Source of the DNA: SAR202 cluster bacterium
GTDB taxonomy: Bacteria; Chloroflexota; Dehalococcoidia; Lucifugimonadales; UBA2985
Assembly (NCBI GenBank): GCA_009391535.1
Contig: VFHP01000023.1
Coordinates: 11,578 to 75,577 of the forward strand
Direction: 5' to 3'
Length of the DNA stretch: 64,000 bases
A program made the translations under genes and the position numbers. Positions 47,906 to 57,265 of this stretch are shown here, piece by piece (position 1 is the stretch's first letter; each line of letters begins with the position of its first letter). Below the pieces are notes generated by a model. That model was given only the letters and a program-made list of their open reading frames with translations. It had not been told where the DNA came from and did no database searches.

Positions 47906-47910
47906 AATCC

Positions 47911-49107
47911 TTATCCAGTCACTTTTGTTATAACACCAGAACCAACAGTTCTACCACCTTCTCTTATGGCGAACCTTAACTGTTCTTCGAGTGCAACAGG
48001 GCTTATTAACTTTATTTTCATTGTGATATTGTCACCAGGCATAACCATTTCAACTCCATCCGGCAGCTGTATTTCGCCTGTAACATCAGTGGTCCTTATA
48101 TAGAACTGCGGTTTGTAACCATTGAAAAATGGGGTATGCCTTCCTCCTTCGTCTCTACTCAAAACATATACCTCAGCATCTGCTTCAGTATAGGCTGTCA
48201 TAGATCCTTTTTGGCAAAGGACTTGTCCTCTCTCGATCTCTTCTCTTTCTATTCCTCTTAAAAGACAACCTACTGCATCTCCTGGTTCACCTTCCTCCAG
48301 TGTCTTATGGAACATCTCTACTCCAGTGACTACGATTTGCCTAGTTTCTCCCATACCTACTATGTCGACTTCATCGCCTGTTTTTACAATTCCTCTTTCA
48401 ACCCTTCCAGTAACAACCGTCCCTCTACCTTTTATGCCGAATACATCTTCAACTGGCATTAAGAAAGGTTGGTCCTTTGGTCTTTCTGGAACAGGAATGT
48501 AATCGTCTACTGCTTTCATGAGTTCAAGAATACTTTGTGTCCATTCAGAGTCAGGATTGCCTTCTGCTTCTACGGCCTGTAATGCACTCACTCGAACTAT
48601 TGGAATGTCATCACCTGGGAACCCGTAGCTACTGAGCAGTTCTCTCAGTTCCATCTCTACTAGTTCTAGTAGCTCAGGGTCATCCATTGCGTCGCACTTA
48701 TTTAACGCAACTACGATATTGGGTACCTGCACTTGTCTTGCTAGTAGTATATGTTCTCTTGTTTGAGGCATTGGCCCGTCTGGAGCGCTAACTACTAATA
48801 TGGCTCCGTCCATTTGAGCTGCCCCTGTGATCATGTTTTTTATGTAGTCAGCATGTCCGGGGCAATCAACATGTGCATAGTGCCTGGTGTCAGTTTCATA
48901 TTCTACGTGTGTTATAGCAATAGTAACACCTCTGGCTTTTTCTTCAGGGGCATTATCTATTGAATCAAACGATCTGGCGTCTCCACCACCTTGTTTACTC
49001 AAAGCCATTGTTATAGCCGAAGTTAACGTAGTCTTACCGTGGTCGACGTGACCTATGGTTCCTACGTTTAGATGTGGTTTAGTCCTTTCAAATACCTTCT
49101 TTGCCAT
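47911..49107 (-). CDS. tuf: elongation factor Tu
   Basis: [26 protein letters not shown] motifs. 398 aa. Confidence 0.98.
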   Translation of the reverse strand: MAKKVFERTKPHLNVGTIGHVDHGKTTLTSAITMALSKQGGGDARSFDSIDNAPEEKARGVTIAITHVEYETDTRHYAHVDCPGHADYIKNMITGAAQMDGAILVVSAPDGPMPQTREHILLARQVQVPNIVVALNKCDAMDDPELLELVEMELRELLSSYGFPGDDIPIVRVSALQAVEAEGNPDSEWTQSILELMKAVDDYIPVPERPKDQPFLMPVEDVFGIKGRGTVVTGRVERGIVKTGDEVDIVGMGETRQIVVTGVEMFHKTLEEGEPGDAVGCLLRGIEREEIERGQVLCQKGSMTAYTEADAEVYVLSRDEGGRHTPFFNGYKPQFYIRTTDVTGEIQLPDGVEMVMPGDNITMKIKLISPVALEEQLRFAIREGGRTVGSGVITKVTG

Positions 49108-49145
49108 TATAAAGTCTCCTTTTCAAATTTATTCTAGTTATATTC

Positions 49146-49220
49146 TGGAGCCCACAACCGGAGTCGAACCGGTGACCCCGTTCTTACCAAGAACGTGCTC
49201 TGCCTCTGAGCTATGTGGGC
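49146..49220 (-). tRNA. tRNA-Thr (anticodon GGU), CCA encoded
   Basis: Hand-folded cloverleaf on the minus strand: GCCCACA acceptor stem, anticodon loop TTGGTAA, T-loop TTCGACT, 3' CCA. Confidence 0.9.
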
Positions 49221-49288
49221 CTAAGGTTTATTTCTATTTAATATTAACTTTTATTCATCGTTCATTAACTTCAAGACCTTCAATCTGT

Positions 49289-49376
49289 TGGTGGAGGGGG
49301 TAGGATTCGAACCTACGTAGCCCTTCCGGGCGCCAGATTTACAGTCTGGTGGTATTAGCCACTCACCCACCCCTCC
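49289..49376 (-). tRNA. tRNA-Tyr (anticodon GUA), long variable arm, CCA encoded
   Basis: GGAGGGG acceptor stem, anticodon loop CTGTAAA, class II variable arm, T-loop TTCGAAT, 3' CCA. Confidence 0.9.
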
Positions 49377-49461
49377 TCTGTAATTGTTATGGCTATCGGA
49401 TTATATTGAGTAGTGGATTAGTCACTAGGTATTACAGGCCTTATAGAATCTCCACTCAGTA

Positions 49462-49534
49462 AGCCCGAGAGGGGATTCGAACCCGCTAACCTGCCGATTA
49501 CAAATCGGCTGCGCTACCCTTGCGCCACTCGGGC
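49462..49534 (-). tRNA. tRNA-Thr (anticodon UGU), no encoded CCA
   Basis: GCCCGAG acceptor stem, anticodon loop TTTGTAA, T-loop TTCGAAT. There is one C-C mismatch in the T-stem in my fold. Confidence 0.8.
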
Positions 49535-49650
49535 ATCCTCAATCTCCATACAGAACACAACTTCCCTGTATGGGAAGTTGTGTAAATAATAGCACAGTTG
49601 TATCAAACGTTCTATGGTCATTCCCAAAGATAATTTATTACAACCAACGG

Positions 49651-49679
49651 ACTATATAGCTACGCAATACAAAAGTCAA
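49651..49679 (-). promoter_or_regulatory. candidate sigma70 promoter of the tRNA-tuf operon
   Basis: On the minus strand: TTGACT (49679-49674), 17-nt spacer, TATAGT (49656-49651). About 110 nt upstream of tRNA-Thr(UGU). Confidence 0.5.
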
Positions 49680-49697
49680 GATTTTTGTGACCATCAA

Positions 49698-49730
49698 AGA
49701 AAAAGAGAGGCATCAAGCCTCTCTTTTTCT
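49698..49730. terminator. intrinsic terminator downstream of the secreted-protein gene
   Basis: 14-bp perfect stem AGAAAAAGAGAGGC / GCCTCTCTTTTTCT with a 5-nt loop. Its A/T-rich arms give a U-tract in both orientations. Confidence 0.75.
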
Positions 49731-49757
49731 AAACACACAAAAACGTTGAAATTTCTG

Positions 49758-50609
49758 TTAGTTGTTAGATTCCTTCATGTAGTAACCACCAGCGGATATA
49801 AGGACTAGAGCCATTACTACGAGTCCCAATACAAAACCAGACCCAGGAGCTACGTCTCCCGGTGTTGGTGGTAATAAAGTAGCCGTTGGTTCAGCTGTGG
49901 GTTCTGCGGTAGCAACAGGAGCAGCAACTGTCGCTCCTGCGAGGACTTCAGCCAAAGTTAGGCTACTATGTCCAGAAGAAGCAGACACGGTTGTTGGAGT
50001 CGCTGCGGGAGTAGGGGTTGCAGCAGGTGGTATTGGTTGACCGATTAGAGCGAAGAAACTCAGACTTCTAACCGAAGCAGTTACGGTATTATCAGCCGAG
50101 CTTAGGGTAGTAGCCAATGAATGCCACGTTCCAGATGAGTCGTTATACTTGTAAAGAACCAATCTCCCTGGGTTACCTTGGGCAGCAGCAAGATCAGTGT
50201 CGTTGTAACTAATACTAATACTAATAGGACTGTTGAATTTTGCTCCAGTTGCCACAGTGCCAGCTGCGTCTACTTGATTCAATGTGAATAAAACACTGGC
50301 GAACGTCATACCAGAAGGGGCTCCAGTTGGCGCATCGGCTTCTGTTTTTTCAGTGTATTGTAGTAAAGCAGCGGTTTTGGCTGCTGCGGAAGTATGACTT
50401 ATAGTGACCCTAGAATCGGGTGAAGAGAAGCTCGACGCCAATCCAGGGGTAATCGACCCAACGGACGATCCTGTTGCCACGTCGAATGTCGGTGCAACGG
50501 TTGGTGTCTGTGCATTTGCAGTACTAGCATAGAAACTTGTAGCAAGTAGTAACATGCTTAATATGAGAAAACTGCTAGATACTTTTTTAACATTGTTTAC
50601 AACTGACAT
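49758..50609 (-). CDS. secreted protein with Pro/Thr/Ala linker and C-terminal TM anchor (function unknown)
   Basis: Signal peptide ending ..STANA/QTP, a beta-rich ~170-aa domain, PPAATPTPAATPT and AEPTAEPTA linkers, and the tail PGSGFVLGLVVMALVLISAGGYYMKESNN. Confidence 0.7.
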   Translation of the reverse strand: MSVVNNVKKVSSSFLILSMLLLATSFYASTANAQTPTVAPTFDVATGSSVGSITPGLASSFSSPDSRVTISHTSAAAKTAALLQYTEKTEADAPTGAPSGMTFASVLFTLNQVDAAGTVATGAKFNSPISISISYNDTDLAAAQGNPGRLVLYKYNDSSGTWHSLATTLSSADNTVTASVRSLSFFALIGQPIPPAATPTPAATPTTVSASSGHSSLTLAEVLAGATVAAPVATAEPTAEPTATLLPPTPGDVAPGSGFVLGLVVMALVLISAGGYYMKESNN

Positions 50610-50834
50610 TTGGTCCTCCTAAATCACGCCCATCTATAAATATATAAAAACGCAAAACCGGATATGTACCCAGTAAGACTCATTGCGTTTCGAAATATAG
50701 GCTCATCGTATTTAGCGTACAGATAGCCCAATTTTGGTTGCAAGACTACTACAACTTCAATGATGCGTCAATAGTATTTTACCATGTGAGCAAGTTAAAA
50801 ATTAAAGCCTTTTCTTCCAAAAGGCAAACTGCAC

Positions 50835-50843
50835 TGATATAAT
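50835..50843 (+). promoter_or_regulatory. candidate extended -10 promoter element upstream of the epimerase gene
   Basis: TGATATAAT (TGn + TATAAT), with only a weak -35 (TTCCAA) 17 nt upstream. Confidence 0.35.
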
Positions 50844-50951
50844 CGTCTGTGTCTTGGCGTTTAGCAGAGGGTGTTTAGTCTACCATGGGTCTATTCACGC
50901 TAAGAGGATTGTCGAGAAATAGTATTAGAACTGTAGGATGCAGAGAGTGTT

Positions 50952-51887
50952 ATGTCAAATTTAAGAATTATGATCACAGGCGGGGCAGGTTTTATAGGTT
51001 CTCACCTTGTGGACAAGTTATCGGCATTAAACTTCGATCTGATTGTGGTCGACAACCTAGCTTCTGGACATCAGGGAAATTTAGGGTCTTCTGCTCGTTT
51101 TTATAATGTTGATATAACAGACCAACACTTGAGTAACATTTTTGAACAAGAGAGACCTGATATAGTATTCCATTTAGCGGCTCAGATAAGCGTGCAGTCA
51201 TCGATGAAAAATCCATATAATGATTCGAGAATAAATGTGTTGGGTTCGATAAATTTGTTTGAAAATTGTGTGCGGTTCGGAGTTAAAAAAGTTATATACG
51301 CTTCTAGTGGGGGAGCCATCTACGGAGAACCTTTATACCTGCCATGCGACGAAGCGCATCCAATAAACCCATTGTCCCACTACGGAGTAGCCAAGTACGC
51401 AGTTGAGAAATACCTACAAGTTTACAATAACAGTTTTGGGTTGAGATACACTGTATTGAGGTTCAGCAACGTTTATGGCCCTAGGCAGGACCCACATGGA
51501 GAAGCTGGAGTAGTGGCGATTTTTTCTAAGGGCATGATACTTGATGAACCATTGACGATAAATGGTGATGGTTCACAAGAAAGAGATTTTTTATTTGTTT
51601 CTGATTTAGTGGATGCACTAATGAAATCCATAGATGTGGCAGACAACGAGATCATTAATATAGGCACAGGACGCGGCTACTCAGTGAATTATGTACATGA
51701 TGAACTCAAGAAACATTCTGGTTATCTGCTTAAGACTTTACGCGGACCTGAGAAGCCAGGAGAGGTTTTTCAGATATATCTCGATTCAGAAAAAGCCAAG
51801 GCTATCCTTGGATGGGTCCCCAAAATACCCATAGAAGAGGGCTTACGGATGACTGTGGATTGGTTCAAAAATAACTTAAACGGTTAA
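50952..51887 (+). CDS. NAD-dependent epimerase/dehydratase (UDP-glucose 4-epimerase-like)
   Basis: ITGGAGFIGSHL Rossmann motif, SSGGAIYG, YGVAKYAVEKY (YxxxK). Confidence 0.85.
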   Translation: MSNLRIMITGGAGFIGSHLVDKLSALNFDLIVVDNLASGHQGNLGSSARFYNVDITDQHLSNIFEQERPDIVFHLAAQISVQSSMKNPYNDSRINVLGSINLFENCVRFGVKKVIYASSGGAIYGEPLYLPCDEAHPINPLSHYGVAKYAVEKYLQVYNNSFGLRYTVLRFSNVYGPRQDPHGEAGVVAIFSKGMILDEPLTINGDGSQERDFLFVSDLVDALMKSIDVADNEIINIGTGRGYSVNYVHDELKKHSGYLLKTLRGPEKPGEVFQIYLDSEKAKAILGWVPKIPIEEGLRMTVDWFKNNLNG

Positions 51888-51899
51888 TCACCAGATTAA

Positions 51900-52649
51900 C
51901 TAGAGCATAGCTATAATAGTATCTTGGGTCTCTAGATGATAGTTTATTCCTTTAGAAGCCAGATCCAACAGATTATCCATCGATTGTCTGGGAAAAGGTT
52001 TGCCTTCAGCAGTTCCTTGCACCTCCACAAAGTCGCCAGACTTGGTCATCACCACGTTAAAGTCCACATCCGCTCTGAAGTCTTCGTCGTAACATAGGTC
52101 CAGTATTTCTTCCCCGTTGACTAATCCGACACTTATAGCGGCCACAGAATCCCTTATAGGTAATTCTTTAAGTGTGCCTATTCTTACCATGTGTAATAAT
52201 GCTTGGTATAAGGCAACAAACGAACCAGTTATGGCGGCTGTTCTGGTTCCTCCATCGGCTTGTACGACATCGCAGTCTATAAGGATACTGTTTTCTCCTA
52301 ACGAGTCCAGATCGACAACAGATCTGAGAGACCTACCAATAAGTCTTTGTATCTCTTGTGTTCTACCTCCCAATCCTTTGGAACCAATTTCCCGCTGTTT
52401 CCTAGTCAAAGTAGATCTTGGCAACATACTGTATTCCGCAGTTACCCATCCCTTACCTTGGCCCTTAAGAAACTGGGGTACTCTTTCTTCTACTGACGCT
52501 GAACATATCAATTTAGTTTGACCCACTTCTATGAGTGTGGATCCCTCTGCGAATGCCAAATAAGATGGCTCTATTTTGATCAAACGAGGTTCATTGTTTT
52601 CTCGACCATCTATTCTGAACAAGTTTAATATTCCTTTCCATGTTGACAA
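51900..52649 (-). CDS. rph: ribonuclease PH
   Basis: [38 protein letters not shown] motifs. TTG start. Confidence 0.9.
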   Translation of the reverse strand: MSTWKGILNLFRIDGRENNEPRLIKIEPSYLAFAEGSTLIEVGQTKLICSASVEERVPQFLKGQGKGWVTAEYSMLPRSTLTRKQREIGSKGLGGRTQEIQRLIGRSLRSVVDLDSLGENSILIDCDVVQADGGTRTAAITGSFVALYQALLHMVRIGTLKELPIRDSVAAISVGLVNGEEILDLCYDEDFRADVDFNVVMTKSGDFVEVQGTAEGKPFPRQSMDNLLDLASKGINYHLETQDTIIAML

Positions 52650-52748
52650 TATAATAAATTGAGCATTGTATTAATTTGAGATAGGGAGTATATCATAAAT
52701 CCGATATAGGATTTTACATTATGATATACTTAATTGCAGGGGGTTAGG

Positions 52749-53300
52749 GTGCCTGAAATTTACACTAGACAAGGTGATGAGGGTGAAACTGGTTTGTTGT
52801 ATGGAGGAAGGATATCCAAATCCGACCCTCGTTGCGAAGCGTACGGTACGATTGATGAAGCCGTAGCTTCCATGGGTTTGGCTAGATCCCTGTTAAAATG
52901 CGAGGATCTGTATCCCATTCTAAAGGGAATACAGAAAGAACTTTTTACCGTTGGAGCGGAACTGGCTACTGACCCAAGTGAGTATGGTAAATTGACAACC
53001 AATTTCAGTACTGTGACTGGTCAAATGGTGAAAAACTTAGAAAATCTAATCGATAAATTGAAGGAACAACTAAATTTACCTAGGGCTTTTATAATACCAG
53101 GCTCCTCATCCGGATCCAGTGCACTTGACTTGAGTCGTAGTATTGTTCGGAGGGCTGAAAGGCATGTAGTTAAGTTAAAGGAACTCAACTACGTAGAGAA
53201 TCACAACGTTCTAATATACCTAAACAGATTGTCGGATTTGTTATTTGTTATGGCACGTTACGAGGATAAGGATGTATCTATTGAGGCGCTTACAGATTAA
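52749..53300 (+). CDS. ATP:cob(I)alamin adenosyltransferase, PduO type
   Basis: IYTRQGDEGETGL N-terminal motif. GTG 52749 after a GGGGG-type SD is preferred over ORF-track TTG 52734. Confidence 0.8.
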   Translation: MPEIYTRQGDEGETGLLYGGRISKSDPRCEAYGTIDEAVASMGLARSLLKCEDLYPILKGIQKELFTVGAELATDPSEYGKLTTNFSTVTGQMVKNLENLIDKLKEQLNLPRAFIIPGSSSGSSALDLSRSIVRRAERHVVKLKELNYVENHNVLIYLNRLSDLLFVMARYEDKDVSIEALTD

Positions 53301-53982
53301 AACTTTTTATTTACCCGTTTTATTGTTTTTGCTCTCTGCCTGTAGTGCTAATACATCTCCCGGTGGTGATGCCATTCAGGTTTCGTTTAATACCGAGAAT
53401 AACATTTTTTTGAGTGGTCATGTTTTTGGAGAAGGCAATACGGCGGTTATTCTTAGCCATATGGATACCGGAGACCAGTCCAATTGGTGGCCATTTGCCA
53501 GAACTCTTAGAGACAAAGGATATAAAGTCCTAACTTATGACTTCAGGGGATTTAGAGATTCTTTTGGAGAGGCTGCACTGGACTCATCTTACGAAGACCT
53601 AAATGCTGCCATAGACTATTTTGTTGATCAGAATGTTTCGAAAATTGTTCTAATAGGTGCAGGTATAGGAGGGACTGCTTCTCTTAGAGTTGGAAATCAT
53701 CCATCAGTTGTAGGAGTGGTTACTTTGTCATCTTCTCCCATTGTCGGAGCTTTAAATGTTGTTGATGATATACCTGCAATAAAGGCACCAAAAATGTTTT
53801 TGGCAGCAGAAGAGGACACCTTTAACGTTAGAAGCACGGATGTTTTTTTGCAGATGTCGGGAGATCCCAAAGAGAGACATATCATGAAGGGGGCTGAACA
53901 AGGTACCAATATGCTAATCGGACCATCTGGTCCGTCTGCGAAGGGATTGATTATAGACTTTTTGAGAAGGAATACTCAATGA
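53272..53982 (+). CDS. alpha/beta-hydrolase-fold lipoprotein, apparent catalytic-triad loss
   Basis: Lipobox LLSAC. The nucleophile elbow reads GAGIGG (Gly where Ser is expected) and the His position reads GAEQG. ATG 53272 follows GAGG. Overlaps the preceding gene by 29 nt. Confidence 0.65.
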   Translation: MYLLRRLQIKTFYLPVLLFLLSACSANTSPGGDAIQVSFNTENNIFLSGHVFGEGNTAVILSHMDTGDQSNWWPFARTLRDKGYKVLTYDFRGFRDSFGEAALDSSYEDLNAAIDYFVDQNVSKIVLIGAGIGGTASLRVGNHPSVVGVVTLSSSPIVGALNVVDDIPAIKAPKMFLAAEEDTFNVRSTDVFLQMSGDPKERHIMKGAEQGTNMLIGPSGPSAKGLIIDFLRRNTQ

Positions 53983-54599
53983 GTGAAATTGTAACCATAG
54001 TCGATTATGATTCAGGCAATATTCGAAGCGTTGAAAAGGCAATCCAAAAACTAGGCAGGGATACTTTGGTCACCGATTCACCAAAGGATATCCTGGCGGC
54101 AAAGGCAGTGATTTTTCCTGGGCAAGGAGCTTCAGAATCGGCTATGTTGAACCTCAATAAAAAGCACTTAGTTGAACCTTTGATAGAGGTAATTAGGAAA
54201 GGAGTACCTTTCTTCGGCGTTTGCTTGGGTCTGCAGTTACTTTTGGAGACCTCACAGGAAGGTCTCACGCCGTGTCTAGGGGTGGCAAAGGGTGAAACGG
54301 TTCTATTGCCACCGGGCGTTAAGAGGCCGCATATGGGTTGGAATAGGGTTGTGATTAAGCAGGACCATCCAGTATTCGAAGGGATTGAAAGCGGGTCTTA
54401 TTTCTATTTTGTTCATAGCTACTACGCTGATCCAGATGATGATAATTTGGTATACGGTGTTACTGATTATGGTGTAAATTTTTGTAGTGTTATTGCTTTA
54501 GATAATTTGATCGCAACTCAGTTTCATCCCGAGAAGAGCGGAACTTTAGGGGTGAAACTGTATGAAAACTTTTTGAAATATATGGTTGATAGGAATTAA
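53979..54599 (+). CDS. hisH: imidazole glycerol phosphate synthase, glutaminase subunit
   Basis: FPGQGA, GVCLGLQLL (Cys nucleophile), QFHPEKS motifs. ATGA overlap with the upstream gene. Confidence 0.95.
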   Translation: MSEIVTIVDYDSGNIRSVEKAIQKLGRDTLVTDSPKDILAAKAVIFPGQGASESAMLNLNKKHLVEPLIEVIRKGVPFFGVCLGLQLLLETSQEGLTPCLGVAKGETVLLPPGVKRPHMGWNRVVIKQDHPVFEGIESGSYFYFVHSYYADPDDDNLVYGVTDYGVNFCSVIALDNLIATQFHPEKSGTLGVKLYENFLKYMVDRN

Positions 54600-54600
54600 C

Positions 54601-55314
54601 TTGGACATTATTCCTGCAGTAGATGTTAAAGATGGCAAATGTGTTCGACTCTATCAAGGGGATTACGACAAGGAAACTGTTTTCTCCACTGATCCAGTTT
54701 CTGTGGCTGTTAATTGGCAAGAAATGGGTGCTGAAAGAATTCATATTGTGGATTTAGACGGGGCTTCTTCAGGCAGTCAACTTAATTTTCAAGTTATACA
54801 GAGGATGATCGCGTGTTTGACAATACCTGTGCAGGTTGGCGGTGGGATCAGGACAGAGACCAATGTTGGCACTATGATGGATATCGGGGTAGATAGAGTA
54901 GTGTTGGGAACTGTAGCAGTGGAGGATAAAGAACTTGTACGCAGTATACTCAATCGTTTTGGTACTGAGTCTGTTATTGTAGGAATAGATGTCAGGGACG
55001 ATTTAGTTTCAATCAAAGGTTGGAAGGAGTCTACCATTGTAAGTTCATTCGACCTGATAGACGATATGTATAGCATAGGAGTCAGGCGATTTGTTTATAC
55101 AGACATATCTCGAGATGGCACACTAATGGAACCAAATTTTGAATCCATAGAACAGATGGTGAATCGTTCCGATGCGAATATTATAGCTTCTGGTGGTGTG
55201 TCTTCTTTGGGTCACATAAAACAGTTGTCCGGATTGGGTGTTGAAGGGGCTATAATTGGCAAGGCACTATATACTGGAGATATCAATTTACATGAAGCTA
55301 TATCAATTTATTGA
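54601..55314 (+). CDS. hisA: ProFAR isomerase HisA
   Basis: DIIPAVDVKDGKCVRL, VQVGGGIR, ASGGVSS motifs. TTG 54601 just after the hisH stop is preferred; the ORF-track alternative is TTG 54586. Confidence 0.9.
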   Translation: MDIIPAVDVKDGKCVRLYQGDYDKETVFSTDPVSVAVNWQEMGAERIHIVDLDGASSGSQLNFQVIQRMIACLTIPVQVGGGIRTETNVGTMMDIGVDRVVLGTVAVEDKELVRSILNRFGTESVIVGIDVRDDLVSIKGWKESTIVSSFDLIDDMYSIGVRRFVYTDISRDGTLMEPNFESIEQMVNRSDANIIASGGVSSLGHIKQLSGLGVEGAIIGKALYTGDINLHEAISIY

Positions 55315-55377
55315 ATTTGCTACAATTCTGACAAAGTTTGTATTTAATCAGAAGTTATTGATGGATAGGGTACATAT

Positions 55378-56178
55378 ATGTCCAGAATACTGAAGGCTGT
55401 TATACCTGCAGCTGGTCTAGGGACTCGATTCTCTCCTATAACCAACGCCATACCAAAGGAGTTGCTTCCTGTAGTAGATAGAGCATCTATACAATACGTG
55501 GTGGATGAAGCTTGTGAAGCTGGAATAGAAGAAATTATTATTGTGATCTCCGAAGCCAAGGAATCAATTAGACAGTACTTTGACAGATTAACTAGCACTA
55601 CATCGGCCAGCATCAAATACGTCTATCAACATGAGCAGTTGGGATTGGGGCATGCTATTCTTTGTTGCTCGGAGGCAATCGGACAAGAATCTTTTGCAGT
55701 TTTGTTGCCAGACGATATTATCCATGATGAAAAAGGAGCTCTGACCCAACTATTGGAGATCTATAGCAGGGTGGGTAGTAGTGTGATAGCTGTTCAACGA
55801 GTGCTACCTGAGTTTATTTCTAGTTACGGTATAATAGAGCCCACGGTTGCAGATGATGTCATAAAGGTTATTGGGTTGATTGAAAAGCCTGAAATCGACA
55901 AAGCACCATCGGATTTTGGTATAGTTGGCAGGTACATTCTGAGTCCTATGGTACTAGAGATTTTGTCTACAATTAACACAGGAGCCTTAGGGGAAATTCA
56001 ACTTACAGATGCGTTGGCTCAATTGGTCAGCAGCCAAGATTTATATGCAGTGCATATTCAAGGGGAGAGGTTTGATGTAGGAAATCCTACAGGATTGCTC
56101 AAAGCATCTATTGTTCTGGCTTTGAGAAGACAGGATACAGCCACTGACTTTAAGGGATTTTTAGGAAGCATTCTTTAG
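55378..56178 (+). CDS. galU: UTP--glucose-1-phosphate uridylyltransferase
   Basis: KAVIPAAGLGTRFSPITNAIPKELLPV signature, EKP motif. Confidence 0.9.
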   Translation: MSRILKAVIPAAGLGTRFSPITNAIPKELLPVVDRASIQYVVDEACEAGIEEIIIVISEAKESIRQYFDRLTSTTSASIKYVYQHEQLGLGHAILCCSEAIGQESFAVLLPDDIIHDEKGALTQLLEIYSRVGSSVIAVQRVLPEFISSYGIIEPTVADDVIKVIGLIEKPEIDKAPSDFGIVGRYILSPMVLEILSTINTGALGEIQLTDALAQLVSSQDLYAVHIQGERFDVGNPTGLLKASIVLALRRQDTATDFKGFLGSIL

Positions 56179-56220
56179 ATTAGTGCGGCCTCCATCGACT
56201 TAGAATGATCTCGTCGTTTG

Positions 56221-56249
56221 TTGACTACAAAGATAAAGAGGTTTAGAAT
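56221..56249 (+). promoter_or_regulatory. sigma70-type promoter of the riboswitch-controlled thiamine salvage operon
   Basis: TTGACT (56221-56226), 17-nt spacer, TAGAAT (56244-56249). Confidence 0.6.
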
Positions 56250-56259
56250 TCTAGCGATT

Positions 56260-56358
56260 GTTGAAGAGCGGGGAGCTTGGTTTTACAGGCTGAGAGGCTT
56301 CTGGTTACAGAAGCGACCCTAACTACCTGATCTGGGTAATGCCAGCGGAGGGAGAAAG
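56260..56358 (+). promoter_or_regulatory. TPP (THI-box) riboswitch
   Basis: Conserved cores GGGGAGC..GGCTGAGAGG..ACCCTAA..ACCTGATCTGGGTAATGCCAGCGGAGGGA. Located between the promoter and a terminator hairpin, upstream of the ABC importer and thiD. Confidence 0.85.
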
Positions 56359-56376
56359 ATTTGGAAAATATTTTTG

Positions 56377-56410
56377 AAGAGGTCGCCAAAAGTTGGGCGA
56401 CTTCTTTTTG
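56377..56410 (+). terminator. riboswitch expression-platform intrinsic terminator
   Basis: Hairpin GAAGAGGTCGCC-AAAAGTT-GGGCGACTTC followed by TTTTTGTTTG. Confidence 0.65.
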
Positions 56411-56420
56411 TTTGTGATTT

Positions 56421-57218
56421 ATGGATACTCATTCAATGACGAATACAATTCGTAATAATCTCCCAGTGTTGACTTTGAATCGCATCGGTAAGGTTTGGCA
56501 ATCTAGAGAAGGTCAAGTAGAAGCCTTAACTGACGTGTCCATGGACATACAGGAAGGTGAGTTTGTGAGTATTGTTGGGCCCAGTGGCTGTGGCAAAAGC
56601 ACTTTATTAAATATATTGGCTGGACTAGATGCTCCATCTAAGGGAACCATACTATCAGGAGGTACACCTTGGCGGGATAGATTGGGGCATATTGGATATA
56701 TGCCTCAAAAAGATCTTTTGTTGCCGTGGAGGAGTGTTTTGGATAACGCTATTTTAGCAGAAGAAATTAGTGGTGTGTCTAAGGAATCTGCAAGGAATGA
56801 AGCTCTAAAAATGATGGGTGAATTTGGTTTGTCCGGTTTTGAACATAATTATCCATATCAACTTTCTGGTGGTATGAAACAGAGAGTTGCCTTACTTAGA
56901 ACTGTATTGGCTGATAACGAACTCATTCTTTTAGATGAGCCATTTGCTGCTCTTGATGCATTAACTAGGTCAAATATGCACGAATGGTTGTTAGGTCTAT
57001 GGGAGTCTTGGCATAAAACTTTAATATTAGTGACTCATGATGTCGAAGAGGCTTTGATTCTATCTGATAGAGTTTATGTGTTAGGAGGTCGACCAGGTTT
57101 TGTAAAATCTGTGGTATCAGTAGATATGAGCAGGCCTAGAAGCTTGGCAATGGCTGATCAGGCAGACTTCTTAAGATTGAAAAAGCACGTGATTAATTTA
57201 TTGAAGTCCACAAGTTGA
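56421..57218 (+). CDS. ABC transporter ATP-binding protein (NitT/TauT-type; ThiZ-like)
   Basis: GPSGCGKST Walker A, LSGGMKQRVAL signature, LLDEPF Walker B. Confidence 0.9.
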   Translation: MDTHSMTNTIRNNLPVLTLNRIGKVWQSREGQVEALTDVSMDIQEGEFVSIVGPSGCGKSTLLNILAGLDAPSKGTILSGGTPWRDRLGHIGYMPQKDLLLPWRSVLDNAILAEEISGVSKESARNEALKMMGEFGLSGFEHNYPYQLSGGMKQRVALLRTVLADNELILLDEPFAALDALTRSNMHEWLLGLWESWHKTLILVTHDVEEALILSDRVYVLGGRPGFVKSVVSVDMSRPRSLAMADQADFLRLKKHVINLLKSTS

Positions 57219-57265
57219 TATTTTTTATATTTGAACGCCAATAAATGGTTCACATAGGATATAAA

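Noticed and set aside
50807-50825. The hairpin GCCTTTT-CTTCC-AAAAGGC with a U-rich tail on the minus strand, in the region between the secreted-protein gene and the epimerase gene.
   Set aside because: It looks like a minus-strand terminator, but no minus-strand gene lies upstream of it (the epimerase is on the plus strand). The stem is short (7 bp). It could be a small RNA end, but there is no supporting promoter, so I did not call it.
50885-51106. A 73-aa ORF overlapping the start of the epimerase gene.
   Set aside because: It is out of frame with, and overlaps, the well-supported Rossmann-fold N-terminus (MSNLRIMITGGAGFIGSHL). It has no SD and an Arg/Cys-rich composition.
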